Assembly: GCA_964467455.1 (NCBI GenBank)
Contig: CAYXQJ010000017.1
Span: 6,520-70,519 of the forward strand
DNA length: 64,000 nt
Reading direction: 5' to 3'
DNA from: an uncultured Hyphomicrobiales bacterium
GTDB taxonomy: Bacteria; Bacteroidota; Ignavibacteria; Kapaibacteriales; Kapaibacteriaceae
The notes under the pieces are model-generated. The model was not told the origin of the DNA, made no database searches, and saw only the letters and a list, made by a program, of their open reading frames with translations. Each line of letters begins with the position of its first letter. Within the stretch, counting starts at the first letter, position 1. Shown one piece after another: positions 8,730 through 17,891 of this stretch. The position numbers were made by a program, and so were the translations under genes.

Positions 8730-8802
8730 AGCTAGCTGCGGGACTCGAACTCGCAACCTGCCGATTACAGATCGGCCGCTCTACCAATTGAGCTACGCTA
8801 GC
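8730..8802 (-). tRNA. tRNA-Thr(UGU)-like gene with atypical features
   Basis: Hand-folded cloverleaf: acceptor GCTAGCG/AGCTAGC, D arm GCTC-AATTGGTA-GAGC, anticodon arm GCCGA-TCTGTAA-TCGGC, variable loop AGGTT, T arm GCGAG-TTCGAGT-CCCGC. Irregularities are C at position 33, a G7.A66 mismatch and an A52.C62 mismatch. No encoded CCA. Confidence 0.55.
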
Positions 8803-8896
8803 CAATGAGGCACACCCGCCGCCATGCAGGCTGCCCCCCGCCACCAATCGAATGCGCCCCTCCAGTGAGCGCATGAACGAACGGTGGTCCCGTACT

Positions 8897-9343
8897 TCAA
8901 TTCGCTGTCGGCAGGGCATTGGCAACTCCCATGAGTGCCTTCCATGCCCTGTCGAGATCCTTCATCAAACTGTTCAGGGGCTCGCCTGCGAGATACCTAC
9001 GGCATACCTCAGCAGCAACGTCCACCTGCTTTGCATTCAATCTTGGAATCGCCACCATCGAGACAGGCCGTTCGCCGACATACAAATGATCCGGCCGAAC
9101 GCAGCATCGATTGCCGCAGGATCCTCGCACTCGCTCGCCACCCGGTGGGAACGAGCCATGCTCTAGGAACCAGGCAACGCGCTTAACTCGATACGTGTGA
9201 TTCCCAATCCAAATAACACCGCCTCGATCACGCTTTGCTCGAACGTTCTTCCACTCCCAGCAGCCATTTGGATCGGGCGATTTAACGACACGACACCAAA
9301 AGCTGTCGGGCTGAATGTCGAGCGCAGGGGTAGCGCTCACCAT
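8897..9343 (-). CDS. HNH homing-type endonuclease (HNH_3-like)
   Basis: CWEWKN...VIWIGNHTYRVKRVAWFLEHG...GSCGNRCCVRPDHLYVG is the typical phage HNH_3 pattern. ATG at 9343-9341 with GGAGG 7 nt upstream. Confidence 0.8.
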   Translation of the reverse strand: MVSATPALDIQPDSFWCRVVKSPDPNGCWEWKNVRAKRDRGGVIWIGNHTYRVKRVAWFLEHGSFPPGGERVRGSCGNRCCVRPDHLYVGERPVSMVAIPRLNAKQVDVAAEVCRRYLAGEPLNSLMKDLDRAWKALMGVANALPTAN

Positions 9344-9516
9344 GCGTCAGCCTCCGCACGGAAATCACGGAATAGTCAGGTCGCAGAAGCGGCCAGGTGG
9401 TTCAGAGGAACCAAGAGGTCGCTAGTCTTCACACAACGCTCGTGCCTAGGTTGCTATCCCAAGCAATGCAGTCAACGCACTGCACGGCGAAACTCTATAT
9501 GCCCGCAAAGGGATTG

Positions 9517-9726
9517 TCAATCACCTTTTTTAGAATTTGCTGGAGGTCGTCCAGGACGCCTTTTTTTGGCCTTAAAGTCAGCCACGTCATTGCGATGGAA
9601 CAGCAGTACCGTCCCAATGAGGTGTCCTGCAAGGCGATTTTCTTTGCGGAATTGATGTACCCTCATCGGCGTGACCTTGAGTGCTTTGGCCACCTCTGCC
9701 GTCGTCAGGTATTCTCCGATCGCCAT
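9517..9726 (-). CDS. helix-turn-helix DNA-binding protein, excisionase/AlpA-like
   Basis: ATG at 9726-9724 with AGGAG 7 nt upstream. YLTTAEVAKALKVTPMRVHQFRKENRL...LFHRNDVADF fits Xis/MerR-type HTH proteins. Basic tail. Lies close to the integrase. Confidence 0.65.
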   Translation of the reverse strand: MAIGEYLTTAEVAKALKVTPMRVHQFRKENRLAGHLIGTVLLFHRNDVADFKAKKRRPGRPPANSKKGD

Positions 9727-9928
9727 GCTCATGCTCCTAACTATACTTGCAGACATAGATTTTTCAACGTAAAACATGGCGGTCCTGTGCCGGCGACTAG
9801 CGAAGAAGCCGTGTGGCCCTTGCGGAAACCACGAACCGCCAATCTTAAAATGGCAGCTTGCAGATTTTGCACGGCCCAGACGAACCGGGTGCGACTCACG
9901 TACGACACCAATCTGCGAGCTGCCGATT

Positions 9929-10153
9929 TCAGGTTTTTAGCCGTGCTGCAAAAACTCCCTGTGCTGTCTGCTCAGTCGCATACAGCTCGCGTCGAATCGA
10001 GCCAGTCAGGACAGGGTCACCGCTTCTGTCGGCGTGGGTGCCGGCGTCGTAATAGACGTGAATGATTTCGTCAGGCGGAAATCCAATGAACTTTTGCCTA
10101 AGCCCATCTGACTTGCCGCCCGCAAACTCGACAAAACAACGTTTTTTCTGCAT
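9929..10153 (-). CDS. hypothetical protein (74 aa)
   Basis: ATG at 10153-10151 (MQKKRCFVEF). The N-terminal part of tracked ORF 9929..10303 is the tRNA fragment translated (GFESHAL) and is rejected. Confidence 0.4.
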   Translation of the reverse strand: MQKKRCFVEFAGGKSDGLRQKFIGFPPDEIIHVYYDAGTHADRSGDPVLTGSIRRELYATEQTAQGVFAARLKT

Positions 10154-10226
10154 GTCGAAGTCCTTCGGGATGTAGATCGCCCTCGGCGGTGCAGCCTCAC
10201 CGTCGAGGGTTCTGTTTACAAAAGAG

Positions 10227-10287
10227 CGGAGGGCATGGGATTCGAACCCACAACCCCTTGCGGGGCACCTGATTTCGAGACAGATGT
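10227..10287 (-). other. 3' portion of a class II tRNA-Ser(CGA): putative att core
   Basis: Minus strand reads anticodon arm TCTGT-CTCGAAA-TCAGG, variable arm CCCC-GCAA-GGGG, T arm GTGGG-TTCGAAT-CCCAT, acceptor 3' strand GCCCTCC and discriminator G. The matching 5' strand GGAGGGC and a Ser-type D arm are absent upstream. Confidence 0.65.
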
Positions 10288-10424
10288 GCCTAGAGGTTTT
10301 CACCTAGTGCGATGAGCGCGCTACGCAATTAGCATTGGCGGTGCGAGGGAGGAATTGATGGACCGAATGGATGCGTGGTCACCAGGGACGGCGATGACTT
10401 TCCAGACGAACTGGATTCACGCCA

Positions 10425-11312
10425 ATGCTGCTTGAGAAATTGATCGAGACCTACATCGCTAGCAGGAACGAAGAGAGGCCGATCGGCCAGGAATTAGCCG
10501 CGAGAACGCAGTTGCATTTGGCAGACTGTGTGCGCGCCTATGGTGCCTGGCTACAGCACGAAGCTGTTTTGACCGACCTTAATCCATTATCAGTAAACGA
10601 CTTTCTTCGCTGGCTTATAGAAGCCGGTCAGTCGCCATACACAGCCCGCAATAGACGATCAGGGCTGCTGGTCCTGTGGCGATTTGCCGAAAGGTCTGGC
10701 CTTACAGACGAACAATCAACCCGCGTGCGTAGGGTGCATTGCCCCACCTTGCAGGTCGATGGATACGCCATCGATCAGGCCCAGGTATTGCTCTCGCGTG
10801 CCTCTGAACTGCGCGGCACGATTCGTTACACGAAGATCCCTCGGCGCATCTACTGGGGCTCACTTCTCCCGACCAAATGGGACTTTGGGTTGCGTGCGGG
10901 AGATGTCTTGGGTGTTCGTGTCGTAGACTTCAACCCAGACGGGCAATTGTGGGTCTACGAGCACAAGACGGGAAAAAGAGGCTGGAGAATACTTCGGCCT
11001 GAAACGCGCGATGCGATCGCCGAGTGTGTCGCGGTTTCACCGAATCGTGAATTCATTTGGCCTGGCTTGCGACCCAGAAGCTTCTATCGTGCGTTCTCAC
11101 GCCTCGCCAAGGCGTCTGGCCTTCCAGGCACCTCGCGCTGGGTGCGCCGTGGGTCATCATCAGAAGTTGAGAAACTTCACCCCGGCGCGGGCTGGAGATT
11201 CCTGAATCACTCCAATCCAGACGTGTTCGAAAAGCATTACAGGGTAAGGAGGATCTGCGACAGCAACCCCCTGCTCCCGCCATCCATCAGGCGGGAATCT
11301 CACGGCGACTAA
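10425..11312 (+). CDS. int: tyrosine recombinase / phage integrase
   Basis: GLRAGDVLGVRVVDF (Arg I), HKTGKRGWRIL, SRWVRRGSSSE (Arg II region) and LNHSNPDVFEKHY (His and the Tyr nucleophile). Confidence 0.85.
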   Translation: MLLEKLIETYIASRNEERPIGQELAARTQLHLADCVRAYGAWLQHEAVLTDLNPLSVNDFLRWLIEAGQSPYTARNRRSGLLVLWRFAERSGLTDEQSTRVRRVHCPTLQVDGYAIDQAQVLLSRASELRGTIRYTKIPRRIYWGSLLPTKWDFGLRAGDVLGVRVVDFNPDGQLWVYEHKTGKRGWRILRPETRDAIAECVAVSPNREFIWPGLRPRSFYRAFSRLAKASGLPGTSRWVRRGSSSEVEKLHPGAGWRFLNHSNPDVFEKHYRVRRICDSNPLLPPSIRRESHGD

Positions 11313-11341
11313 CGCCAGATTTGCGATTCGATGCCCCAGAA

Positions 11342-11381
11342 GGCTACCCTATTGGTGTGATCCCATACCAACAGGGTAGCC
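11342..11381. repeat. 15-nt-arm inverted repeat between int and the next gene
   Basis: GGCTACCCTATTGGT (11342-11356) / ACCAACAGGGTAGCC (11367-11381). One A.C mismatch, 10-nt loop, no U tract. Confidence 0.8.
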
Positions 11382-11390
11382 GAGGGGTAA

Positions 11391-11651
11391 ATGGACGATC
11401 CATCGCCAGAAGCAAAACAAACACACGGCAGAACCGAGGCACGCCAAATTGAGGAGCGGCGCAAGGTTGAAAGTGAGCTTGCGAAAAAGCAACGGGAAGA
11501 CAGGTTTCAGGCGGGCTGTGCGTTGGCAATTATTATTGTCATCGCTCTATTGATCTACGGATCGTACCGCAGTGGCAGCAAGCCAGCGAGCAACCATGAT
11601 AACTACGACGACGCGCCGCAGCATCAATCACGTGGCGGTGACAACTGGTGA
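11391..11651 (+). CDS. small membrane protein (86 aa)
   Basis: ATG preceded by GAGGGG. Charged N-terminus followed by a hydrophobic helix, CALAIIIVIALLIYG. AT-richer than its surroundings. Confidence 0.5.
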   Translation: MDDPSPEAKQTHGRTEARQIEERRKVESELAKKQREDRFQAGCALAIIIVIALLIYGSYRSGSKPASNHDNYDDAPQHQSRGGDNW

Positions 11652-14600
11652 TTAGTTGGTCACCGCTTCGCGGGCGCGATCCTCGGCCCGGGCTTTGGCT
11701 CGAGCTTTGGCCGTTTTGCGGAAGTCGTTAAGGGCCCCCTTGTAGAGATCAGCAAGCGCACGTTCCACGGGGCCGAGTTTTTCGAGTTCTTCGTTCGAAA
11801 TGTTGGTGATCTCGAAATCCCGCCCGCCGAGCTTCTTGAGTTCGTCTTCCACGGATTCCCGCAGGATGGCCTCTTGAGCGGCAGGTGAGATGAGAGACGA
11901 CTTGACGCCCGTGCCGAAGTTGATGGCCTTCTCGACGGCCGATCGCCGCGGATCCGTCATCTGGCGAACGGTGGTGAGGATGCGCGAGACAGGCAAGTTG
12001 CCGGCGATGAACTCGGTTGCCGGCGAATTGAAGATCGGCTTCGCGAAGTCGGTTTCTTCCCCCGTCACCATCTGCTTGATGTTGGCCACGGTACGGCCGA
12101 GCGTGGGGTCCAGGTCGTCGAGCTCACGGCCACCCTGCGGGCCTTTCTGGAAGAATGACTGGCCTGTCATCCACTCGAGCGGGGCCTTGATGAGCGGGTT
12201 GAGGCGGCTGGCGCCCTCGAGCAGTCCGCCGCGGACGCCATTGCCCATGAACGAGAGCGGATCTTCCATCATCAGGCCGAGGCCGGTGATGTATCGCTGT
12301 GAACCGTCTTCGGCCGTGCCGGCTGGGATCGAGGCTGTTTCGCCGATGTAGTCGGGAGTGACGGTGCTGCGGCCGCGCATGTCGTTCATCGCGCGGATGG
12401 TTTGGGCCATCTTGCCGCCGGGATTCTCGATCAGGTTTTGCACCATGTAGGGTGCCGTTGATCGTGTGAACGAATAGAACGGCACAGCGCGCGAGACGCC
12501 ACGCTCGAATTGCGTGAGGGCTGAATAGTCGCCCTGCAGTTTCTTCACGCGGCGGGCAGCTTCGGCCGGATCCATGCCTTGCTTGAGGAAAGCAATGAAC
12601 GGGCCGAGTCGGTTGAGCGATTCGACGTAGTGCCCCGTGTTTCGGCCAGCGCGGAACGGCGCGAAGACGTCTTCGTTCGAAGCCACGCCGCGGGTGTTGA
12701 GCGGGTTGGCCTCCTTCCACGATCGCGGAAGTGGCGCGCCGAGCATCCCCTTGACGTCAGTGAGATCACGCCGAGCTGGTGATAGCCCCGGCATGGCACT
12801 AATGAGATCAGCGTGGGTGTCCCCCAGGATGTCACCTGAGATGCCGACGGACTTGTGCGACAGGTTGTTCGCAAACGCCTGCTGCGCCACCCAGTCGGTG
12901 GCTTTCTTCGCGTCGGTAATGCCGGCGGCTTTGACGGCCGGAATGTCGAGCACGTCCGAGATCGCCTTGCCTTGGACGAGGTTGTCGGCATCGTAGATCG
13001 GACGCAGGTATCGCATCGGGCCCGCGGCCTTCGGATCGAACGCCCCGCCGATGTAGTTCTGGTATTGGCCCGAGAAGAAGTTGCGAACGTGGAAGGCCGG
13101 GAACGCGGCGGTGACGCTGCCACGGAACAAGTTGGTGAACTTGTCCATCGCCTTCACCCAGGACTTCACTTCGTCGGGGGCATTGAAGGACTTCATGTAG
13201 CGGGTGGCGTCGGCCGCGACGTCATCACCCACGTACATATTGCGGGAGATGAAGCGATCAACGCTGCCGAGATCTTCGAGTTCTTTGGCGGATTTCTTGG
13301 CTGCATCGAACACGCCATCGGGCAACACGTCGCGCACGCTAGCCAGTTCTTCGATTGCCTCTTTGGCAGCTTCGGCAGGTTTCTTGCCGGCACGGATCGC
13401 TTCGTCGTAGGCAATCAGTCCATACTCGTCAAACAGCCCTTCGAAGGCAGCCGTGTGCTTCTGGCTGGCCGTGTTGTAGGCGGCACTGAGATCCTTGACA
13501 GCCTGACTATCGCCCATCTTACGGACGAAATTCTGCATCGCCTGTTCGGTGCCAATCCCGGCATCACCCAGCAGCCGTTCGATGGGAACGATGTTGGCAG
13601 TGAGATCAGGGGAATTGCTCATGCGAGCCGCGTCGGCCGAGAGATCGGTGACGGCATTGGCGGCGCCTGATGCACGATGGCCGTGCTCGAGTCGTGCGAG
13701 CATCGCCTTGGCCGGGTTCATCTCGAAAGCCGGAATGCCCAGTTCAGCATGCCGCGGGTCGAGGTTCGCCACCCAACGCACGAGGCCGTCGAGTTCGGCG
13801 TCGTTTTCGGCGTCGTTCATCGAACCGATCTTGCCAGGCTCGACGTACTGCTTGACGATGTGCTCGCGGATCTGGGCGAATTCTTCTGGATCGAGCGGGG
13901 TGCCCTTCACGCGATTCATGCGGCCCTTGCCACTTACCGCTGGGTCGAGGGACAGTTCTTGGAGCGCGCCGGTGCCACCGCCGTGCAGGCGCAGGTGTCC
14001 CTCGCGCATCTTCTGGTAGGGCGTCGTGGTTTGCAGCACGCGCCCGCCGGTGCCATAGGCAGTGTTGGCATCGGGGAAGTGGAATCGTTCGCGGGGGAAG
14101 TAGCGAATGATGTCATCGAGCTCGGGGGAGTGCATGCCCGACGCGAGTTCCAAGTCGCGGATCATCGGGCCGAACTTCTTGAGCGTGTCGAGGTGCGGCT
14201 GTAGCGCCTTGAGGTTTTCCGGCACGTTTGCCCAGCGGGTGCCCACGTCCGATTCTTCCAGGTACCGTAGGATCTCGCCGGCATTGTTAGCGGCATTCTC
14301 GCCAGTGAACACGCCCGATCGCTCGAGTGCTTCGACGACGGGGGCCAGTTCCTCGCGTGCCTGGCGGATTGATTCGCGCTCGATCTTCGTTGATTGCATG
14401 CCGATCTTCTGGCCGGGTTCCGTCATGGCACCGCGCACTTGGTGATCGAACAGGGATCGCAGCGGACGGATCGGGCTGTACTTGCCGTAGAGAGCGAGGT
14501 TCTCAGCGGTATCCATGCCGCGGGCGAGCTTCTGGGCCGTCTTGCCCGTGCCGAACAGGGCGTTCTGCTCGCCGAAGCCGAACGGGCTCCAGCCGACAAG

Positions 14601-15236
14601 GTTCCCGATCCGATCAGTCATGGCATGCTCGAGATCGCTGGCGTTCATGCCCAGCCCCTCGGCGGCCGCCTTGAGTTTGTCCAGCGCGCCGGGGGTTTTG
14701 CCGGCCAGATCGCCCAACGTGTTCCCGAGCAGATATTCCCGCCGCCCCATGCCCTTCGGGATCGCTTTAGTGAGATCGTCGAGCAGGCCGGCGTTCTTTC
14801 CGAGCGTGCCGGCCTTGGTGAGCGCTGAACCACCGAACGACAGCCACGTTGTCGGATCGAGAGCCACTTCCGCGCCAAACCCAGCCAGATCACCCAGATC
14901 CATTCCGGGCTTGTTCTTCCCCAGTAGCCCAGCCGTTTCGAGCAGATCCCGGCCGCCGATCGTCTCATGCGGATCGGTGATGCCCAGCGTGTCGGAGAAG
15001 GGGATCAGGTTGAGGAGTCCGCCGCCGTAGTCGCCGCCGAGCAGTCCGGAGATTGCACCGCGTAGCGCACGCCCGGGCTTGTCCAGCGTTTCACCCACCC
15101 ACTGCAAGCCGGAAGTCAGTCCGCCACCGATCTCGCCAAGAAGTGATTGCTTCTGTTCTTCGGTGAGATATTGAGCTTGAGCGGCGGCGCGTGAGGCCGG
15201 CCCGAGCATGTTTCGGTAGCGGGGGGAGATTGGCAT
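11652..15236 (-). CDS. large virion-associated protein (1194 aa), candidate internal or ejection protein
   Basis: Last and largest gene of the virion operon, after Gly-rich proteins. ATG at 15236-15234. No catalytic motif recognised. Confidence 0.7.
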   Translation of the reverse strand: MPISPRYRNMLGPASRAAAQAQYLTEEQKQSLLGEIGGGLTSGLQWVGETLDKPGRALRGAISGLLGGDYGGGLLNLIPFSDTLGITDPHETIGGRDLLETAGLLGKNKPGMDLGDLAGFGAEVALDPTTWLSFGGSALTKAGTLGKNAGLLDDLTKAIPKGMGRREYLLGNTLGDLAGKTPGALDKLKAAAEGLGMNASDLEHAMTDRIGNLVGWSPFGFGEQNALFGTGKTAQKLARGMDTAENLALYGKYSPIRPLRSLFDHQVRGAMTEPGQKIGMQSTKIERESIRQAREELAPVVEALERSGVFTGENAANNAGEILRYLEESDVGTRWANVPENLKALQPHLDTLKKFGPMIRDLELASGMHSPELDDIIRYFPRERFHFPDANTAYGTGGRVLQTTTPYQKMREGHLRLHGGGTGALQELSLDPAVSGKGRMNRVKGTPLDPEEFAQIREHIVKQYVEPGKIGSMNDAENDAELDGLVRWVANLDPRHAELGIPAFEMNPAKAMLARLEHGHRASGAANAVTDLSADAARMSNSPDLTANIVPIERLLGDAGIGTEQAMQNFVRKMGDSQAVKDLSAAYNTASQKHTAAFEGLFDEYGLIAYDEAIRAGKKPAEAAKEAIEELASVRDVLPDGVFDAAKKSAKELEDLGSVDRFISRNMYVGDDVAADATRYMKSFNAPDEVKSWVKAMDKFTNLFRGSVTAAFPAFHVRNFFSGQYQNYIGGAFDPKAAGPMRYLRPIYDADNLVQGKAISDVLDIPAVKAAGITDAKKATDWVAQQAFANNLSHKSVGISGDILGDTHADLISAMPGLSPARRDLTDVKGMLGAPLPRSWKEANPLNTRGVASNEDVFAPFRAGRNTGHYVESLNRLGPFIAFLKQGMDPAEAARRVKKLQGDYSALTQFERGVSRAVPFYSFTRSTAPYMVQNLIENPGGKMAQTIRAMNDMRGRSTVTPDYIGETASIPAGTAEDGSQRYITGLGLMMEDPLSFMGNGVRGGLLEGASRLNPLIKAPLEWMTGQSFFQKGPQGGRELDDLDPTLGRTVANIKQMVTGEETDFAKPIFNSPATEFIAGNLPVSRILTTVRQMTDPRRSAVEKAINFGTGVKSSLISPAAQEAILRESVEDELKKLGGRDFEITNISNEELEKLGPVERALADLYKGALNDFRKTAKARAKARAEDRAREAVTN

Positions 15237-15239
15237 GGG

Positions 15240-16364
15240 TTACTTCGGCGTGGCCTGGAACTGCAGCATCATGTTCAGGAGATCATTGGCGCCGATCGGT
15301 GGGGCCGACAGCGGCGCAGGCGATGGTGGTGCCGGTGTCGCTGCCGGTGTTGCCGGCGGCGAAAACTCTCCCGTCATGCCAGGCAACCAGCTTGTCTGGC
15401 TGTCGTGCATCCTCTTGAGCGTGCGCATCTCGGCCTCGAGTTGTGCTGGCGTCAGATTCGGCTTGGAGAGAATCAGGTTGAATGCCTGCCGCCCGTAATC
15501 TGGCCCGTTAAGCTGATCGAGCAGGCCACTCAGAAAGCCCTTCTGCGGTGCCGGATCGTACTTTTCTTGTTTCAATCGCTCCGGTGGGTACTGCGCACGA
15601 AGCGACTGAATAAACTCAGGCGTGATCGTCGGCAAGTCTCGCTGTCGGCCGGCGAGCTGATCGCTGAATCGTTCGTTGAGGGACTGGACCGCATCGTCGA
15701 TGGAAGGATTTGGGGCGGGCTCGCGCTCCTGCCCGAAGAAGTTCTGTCGTTTGAGTCCTTGGCCGAGCTGGCTTGCCTCCCATTCGGTTTTTTCGCCGCG
15801 CGATTTCAAGACGGCATCGGCGGCCTGCTGCTCGATCGTCTGGGGGGCAGCGCCGGCACCAACATTCACCGTTGTGCCAGCAGGCGACAACGCACCGCCC
15901 ATCTCCAGATCCCACTGGTGCTGCGTAGTGGGCGTGATTGCCGACATGCCTGGCGCATCCTGAGACAACTGCCCTGCCTGCCACAGCTCCTTGAGGCCCT
16001 GGTTTCGAATCAACTGCGGATCGACCGGCGCACCACCGTTCAGCATATCGAGGAAGGTGGCATCGGCCTGCTTGTTGTTGAACTGGCGCATGAGTTCGGT
16101 TTGCCCGTTCACCGGCATGCTCTCGAGCACGTTCCCCATGCGCGACTGGTGGAGTGCATCCGAAATGCCTTGCATCTCCGCGCGCCGTTGCAGCCCGCGC
16201 AGGTGGGATCCCTCCTTGATGTCCCGTCTTGTGACCGGAGTGCCATCAAAATTAGTGCCACCACCGTAGCCACGATAGCCATTGGCCTGCTTGGCAAGTG
16301 CTACCTGCATGAGCAACGGGGCCCGCATTGACTGCGGGATGTCTTGAAAACTGTTTGGAAACAT
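15240..16364 (-). CDS. virion-module hypothetical protein (374 aa)
   Basis: ATG at 16364-16362 with GGAG 8 nt upstream. Contiguous with neighbouring genes. Confidence 0.65.
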   Translation of the reverse strand: MFPNSFQDIPQSMRAPLLMQVALAKQANGYRGYGGGTNFDGTPVTRRDIKEGSHLRGLQRRAEMQGISDALHQSRMGNVLESMPVNGQTELMRQFNNKQADATFLDMLNGGAPVDPQLIRNQGLKELWQAGQLSQDAPGMSAITPTTQHQWDLEMGGALSPAGTTVNVGAGAAPQTIEQQAADAVLKSRGEKTEWEASQLGQGLKRQNFFGQEREPAPNPSIDDAVQSLNERFSDQLAGRQRDLPTITPEFIQSLRAQYPPERLKQEKYDPAPQKGFLSGLLDQLNGPDYGRQAFNLILSKPNLTPAQLEAEMRTLKRMHDSQTSWLPGMTGEFSPPATPAATPAPPSPAPLSAPPIGANDLLNMMLQFQATPK

Positions 16365-16388
16365 CGCGCGCTCCAGTTTCGATCGAGA

Positions 16389-17891
16389 CTACTTGCCGCC
16401 GCCACCACTGCCGCCGCCACTGCCACCGCTTTCTCCACCGTCATCGCTACCTTCACCACCACCGCCGGATGCGCTGCCGCCCTGCCCGCCACCGGCCGCT
16501 TGAGCAGCGCCACCGATTGCCGCTTGGGCCGCTGCCGCGCCTGCCATCGCTGCCGCAGCCATAATGCCACCGAATCCCTGCCCGCCAGCCTGTTGAGCGC
16601 CTGGCATGGCGCCGGCACCGAACGGCAGGCCGAGCGGAATTCCGCCGTTCATGCCGCCGCCCAGGAACCCGGGCATCGTCACTCCCGGCAGCGATTGCGG
16701 AGCCACCTGCCCGACACCAGGCAGTTGCGCTGGCCCGAAGGATAGCAAGTTCGGCCCCGATCCAGGCAGCACATTTGGGGCAATGCCAAGCATGCTCATC
16801 GTGTTCGGGTTATGGCCCAACTGGCCGAGCAACGTCTGTTGTTGCCCGGGCGTCTGCATCTGCGAACTGAGATGGCTTGCCAGTGGCCCTCGCATGCTGT
16901 CAGCCACGCTGGGCCAGGCTCCCAGGAGCCCGCCCAATTGGTTGTCGAAATTCGAGGGAGATAACCCATAGTCGCTGCCCATTCCTAGCGACTTGGCCAC
17001 AGTGCCGAGCATTGATTGCTGCGGTGAAATGTCCACCGAACTAAGGCCAGGGCCTTGCTTCGATCCTTGGCCAGTGATTTGCCCCAGCAGGCCGGGGAAG
17101 TTTTCCTGAAACGACGACACTGCCGCCGGCACCATGCCCGTATCGGTAGGTGACTTTGCCATCCGGCTATTGGGAAGGCCGACACCCATGCCCCTCGCCG
17201 GGAAAAGCGAACTGGGAGGCGAGAAAGCTCCTTGCGGGACCGCCTGCGCTTGGGGCGACACATCGCCCTCGGCACCCACGCCTGCGAGCGCCCTCGCGAT
17301 TGCACCTGCCGGCCGTGGCACGCCCACCCCTGGCCTGGCGGGTTCGTTGGCAAAAAGGCCAAGTTCCGTGTTGGGCGCAGTGAACCCGCGCGCTTGGCCG
17401 TTTCCGCCAATGCGGGCCATTGCATTGCCGATAAGCTGCCCCTGTCCGTGTCCACCGATTCGTGGAAATTCGCCGCCGAGCGTCTGGGCCTGTCCGTGCC
17501 CGCCGATCGCCTGGGCCATGCCCGATCGACTGCCGCCGCCGCTCACGGCAGCAAACTGCGGCAGTGCCACCGAAGCATTGGCCGCCTGCGACATGGCCTG
17601 CGGAGAGGCCTGCAGGGATGCCGTCTGCGGTGACGACCGGGAGAGAGACGACATGATCTGGCCCATGCCACCACCAAATGGCCCTATGTTAGTCGCACTG
17701 CCTCCGGCCGCCTGAACTGCGGCTGCATTGGCTTGCGATGCGGCTGCTTGCTGTGCGAGCCAGGCGTTTCTCTGGTTCGCAGATTGCACCCCGGCCTGTT
17801 CTTCCATCGCGCGCGCCATCTCGGCAGCCTGCTTCTTTTGAGCCATTACGGCAGGCAGTGACGAAGCGATCAGCGGGAGCTTGATAGGCAT
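16389..17891 (-). CDS. Gly/Gln/Ala-rich low-complexity virion protein (500 aa)
   Basis: TGATG stop-start overlap with the upstream gene. Strongly biased composition ending in GGGSGGGGK. Confidence 0.6.
   Translation of the reverse strand: MPIKLPLIASSLPAVMAQKKQAAEMARAMEEQAGVQSANQRNAWLAQQAAASQANAAAVQAAGGSATNIGPFGGGMGQIMSSLSRSSPQTASLQASPQAMSQAANASVALPQFAAVSGGGSRSGMAQAIGGHGQAQTLGGEFPRIGGHGQGQLIGNAMARIGGNGQARGFTAPNTELGLFANEPARPGVGVPRPAGAIARALAGVGAEGDVSPQAQAVPQGAFSPPSSLFPARGMGVGLPNSRMAKSPTDTGMVPAAVSSFQENFPGLLGQITGQGSKQGPGLSSVDISPQQSMLGTVAKSLGMGSDYGLSPSNFDNQLGGLLGAWPSVADSMRGPLASHLSSQMQTPGQQQTLLGQLGHNPNTMSMLGIAPNVLPGSGPNLLSFGPAQLPGVGQVAPQSLPGVTMPGFLGGGMNGGIPLGLPFGAGAMPGAQQAGGQGFGGIMAAAAMAGAAAAQAAIGGAAQAAGGGQGGSASGGGGEGSDDGGESGGSGGGSGGGGK

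Noticed and set aside
8467-8925. N-terminal half of the 337-aa ORF 7912..8925
   Set aside because: It runs through a terminator hairpin and the tRNA-like gene. The translation (VAQLVERPICNRQVASSSP) is tRNA sequence, not protein.
10154-10303. N-terminal part of ORF 9929..10303
   Set aside because: The GCGFESHAL stretch is the T arm of the tRNA-Ser fragment translated.
10227-10320. A complete tRNA-Ser gene
   Set aside because: The 5' acceptor strand GGAGGGC and a Ser-type D arm are not present upstream. Only the 3' part from the anticodon stem onward is tRNA-like.
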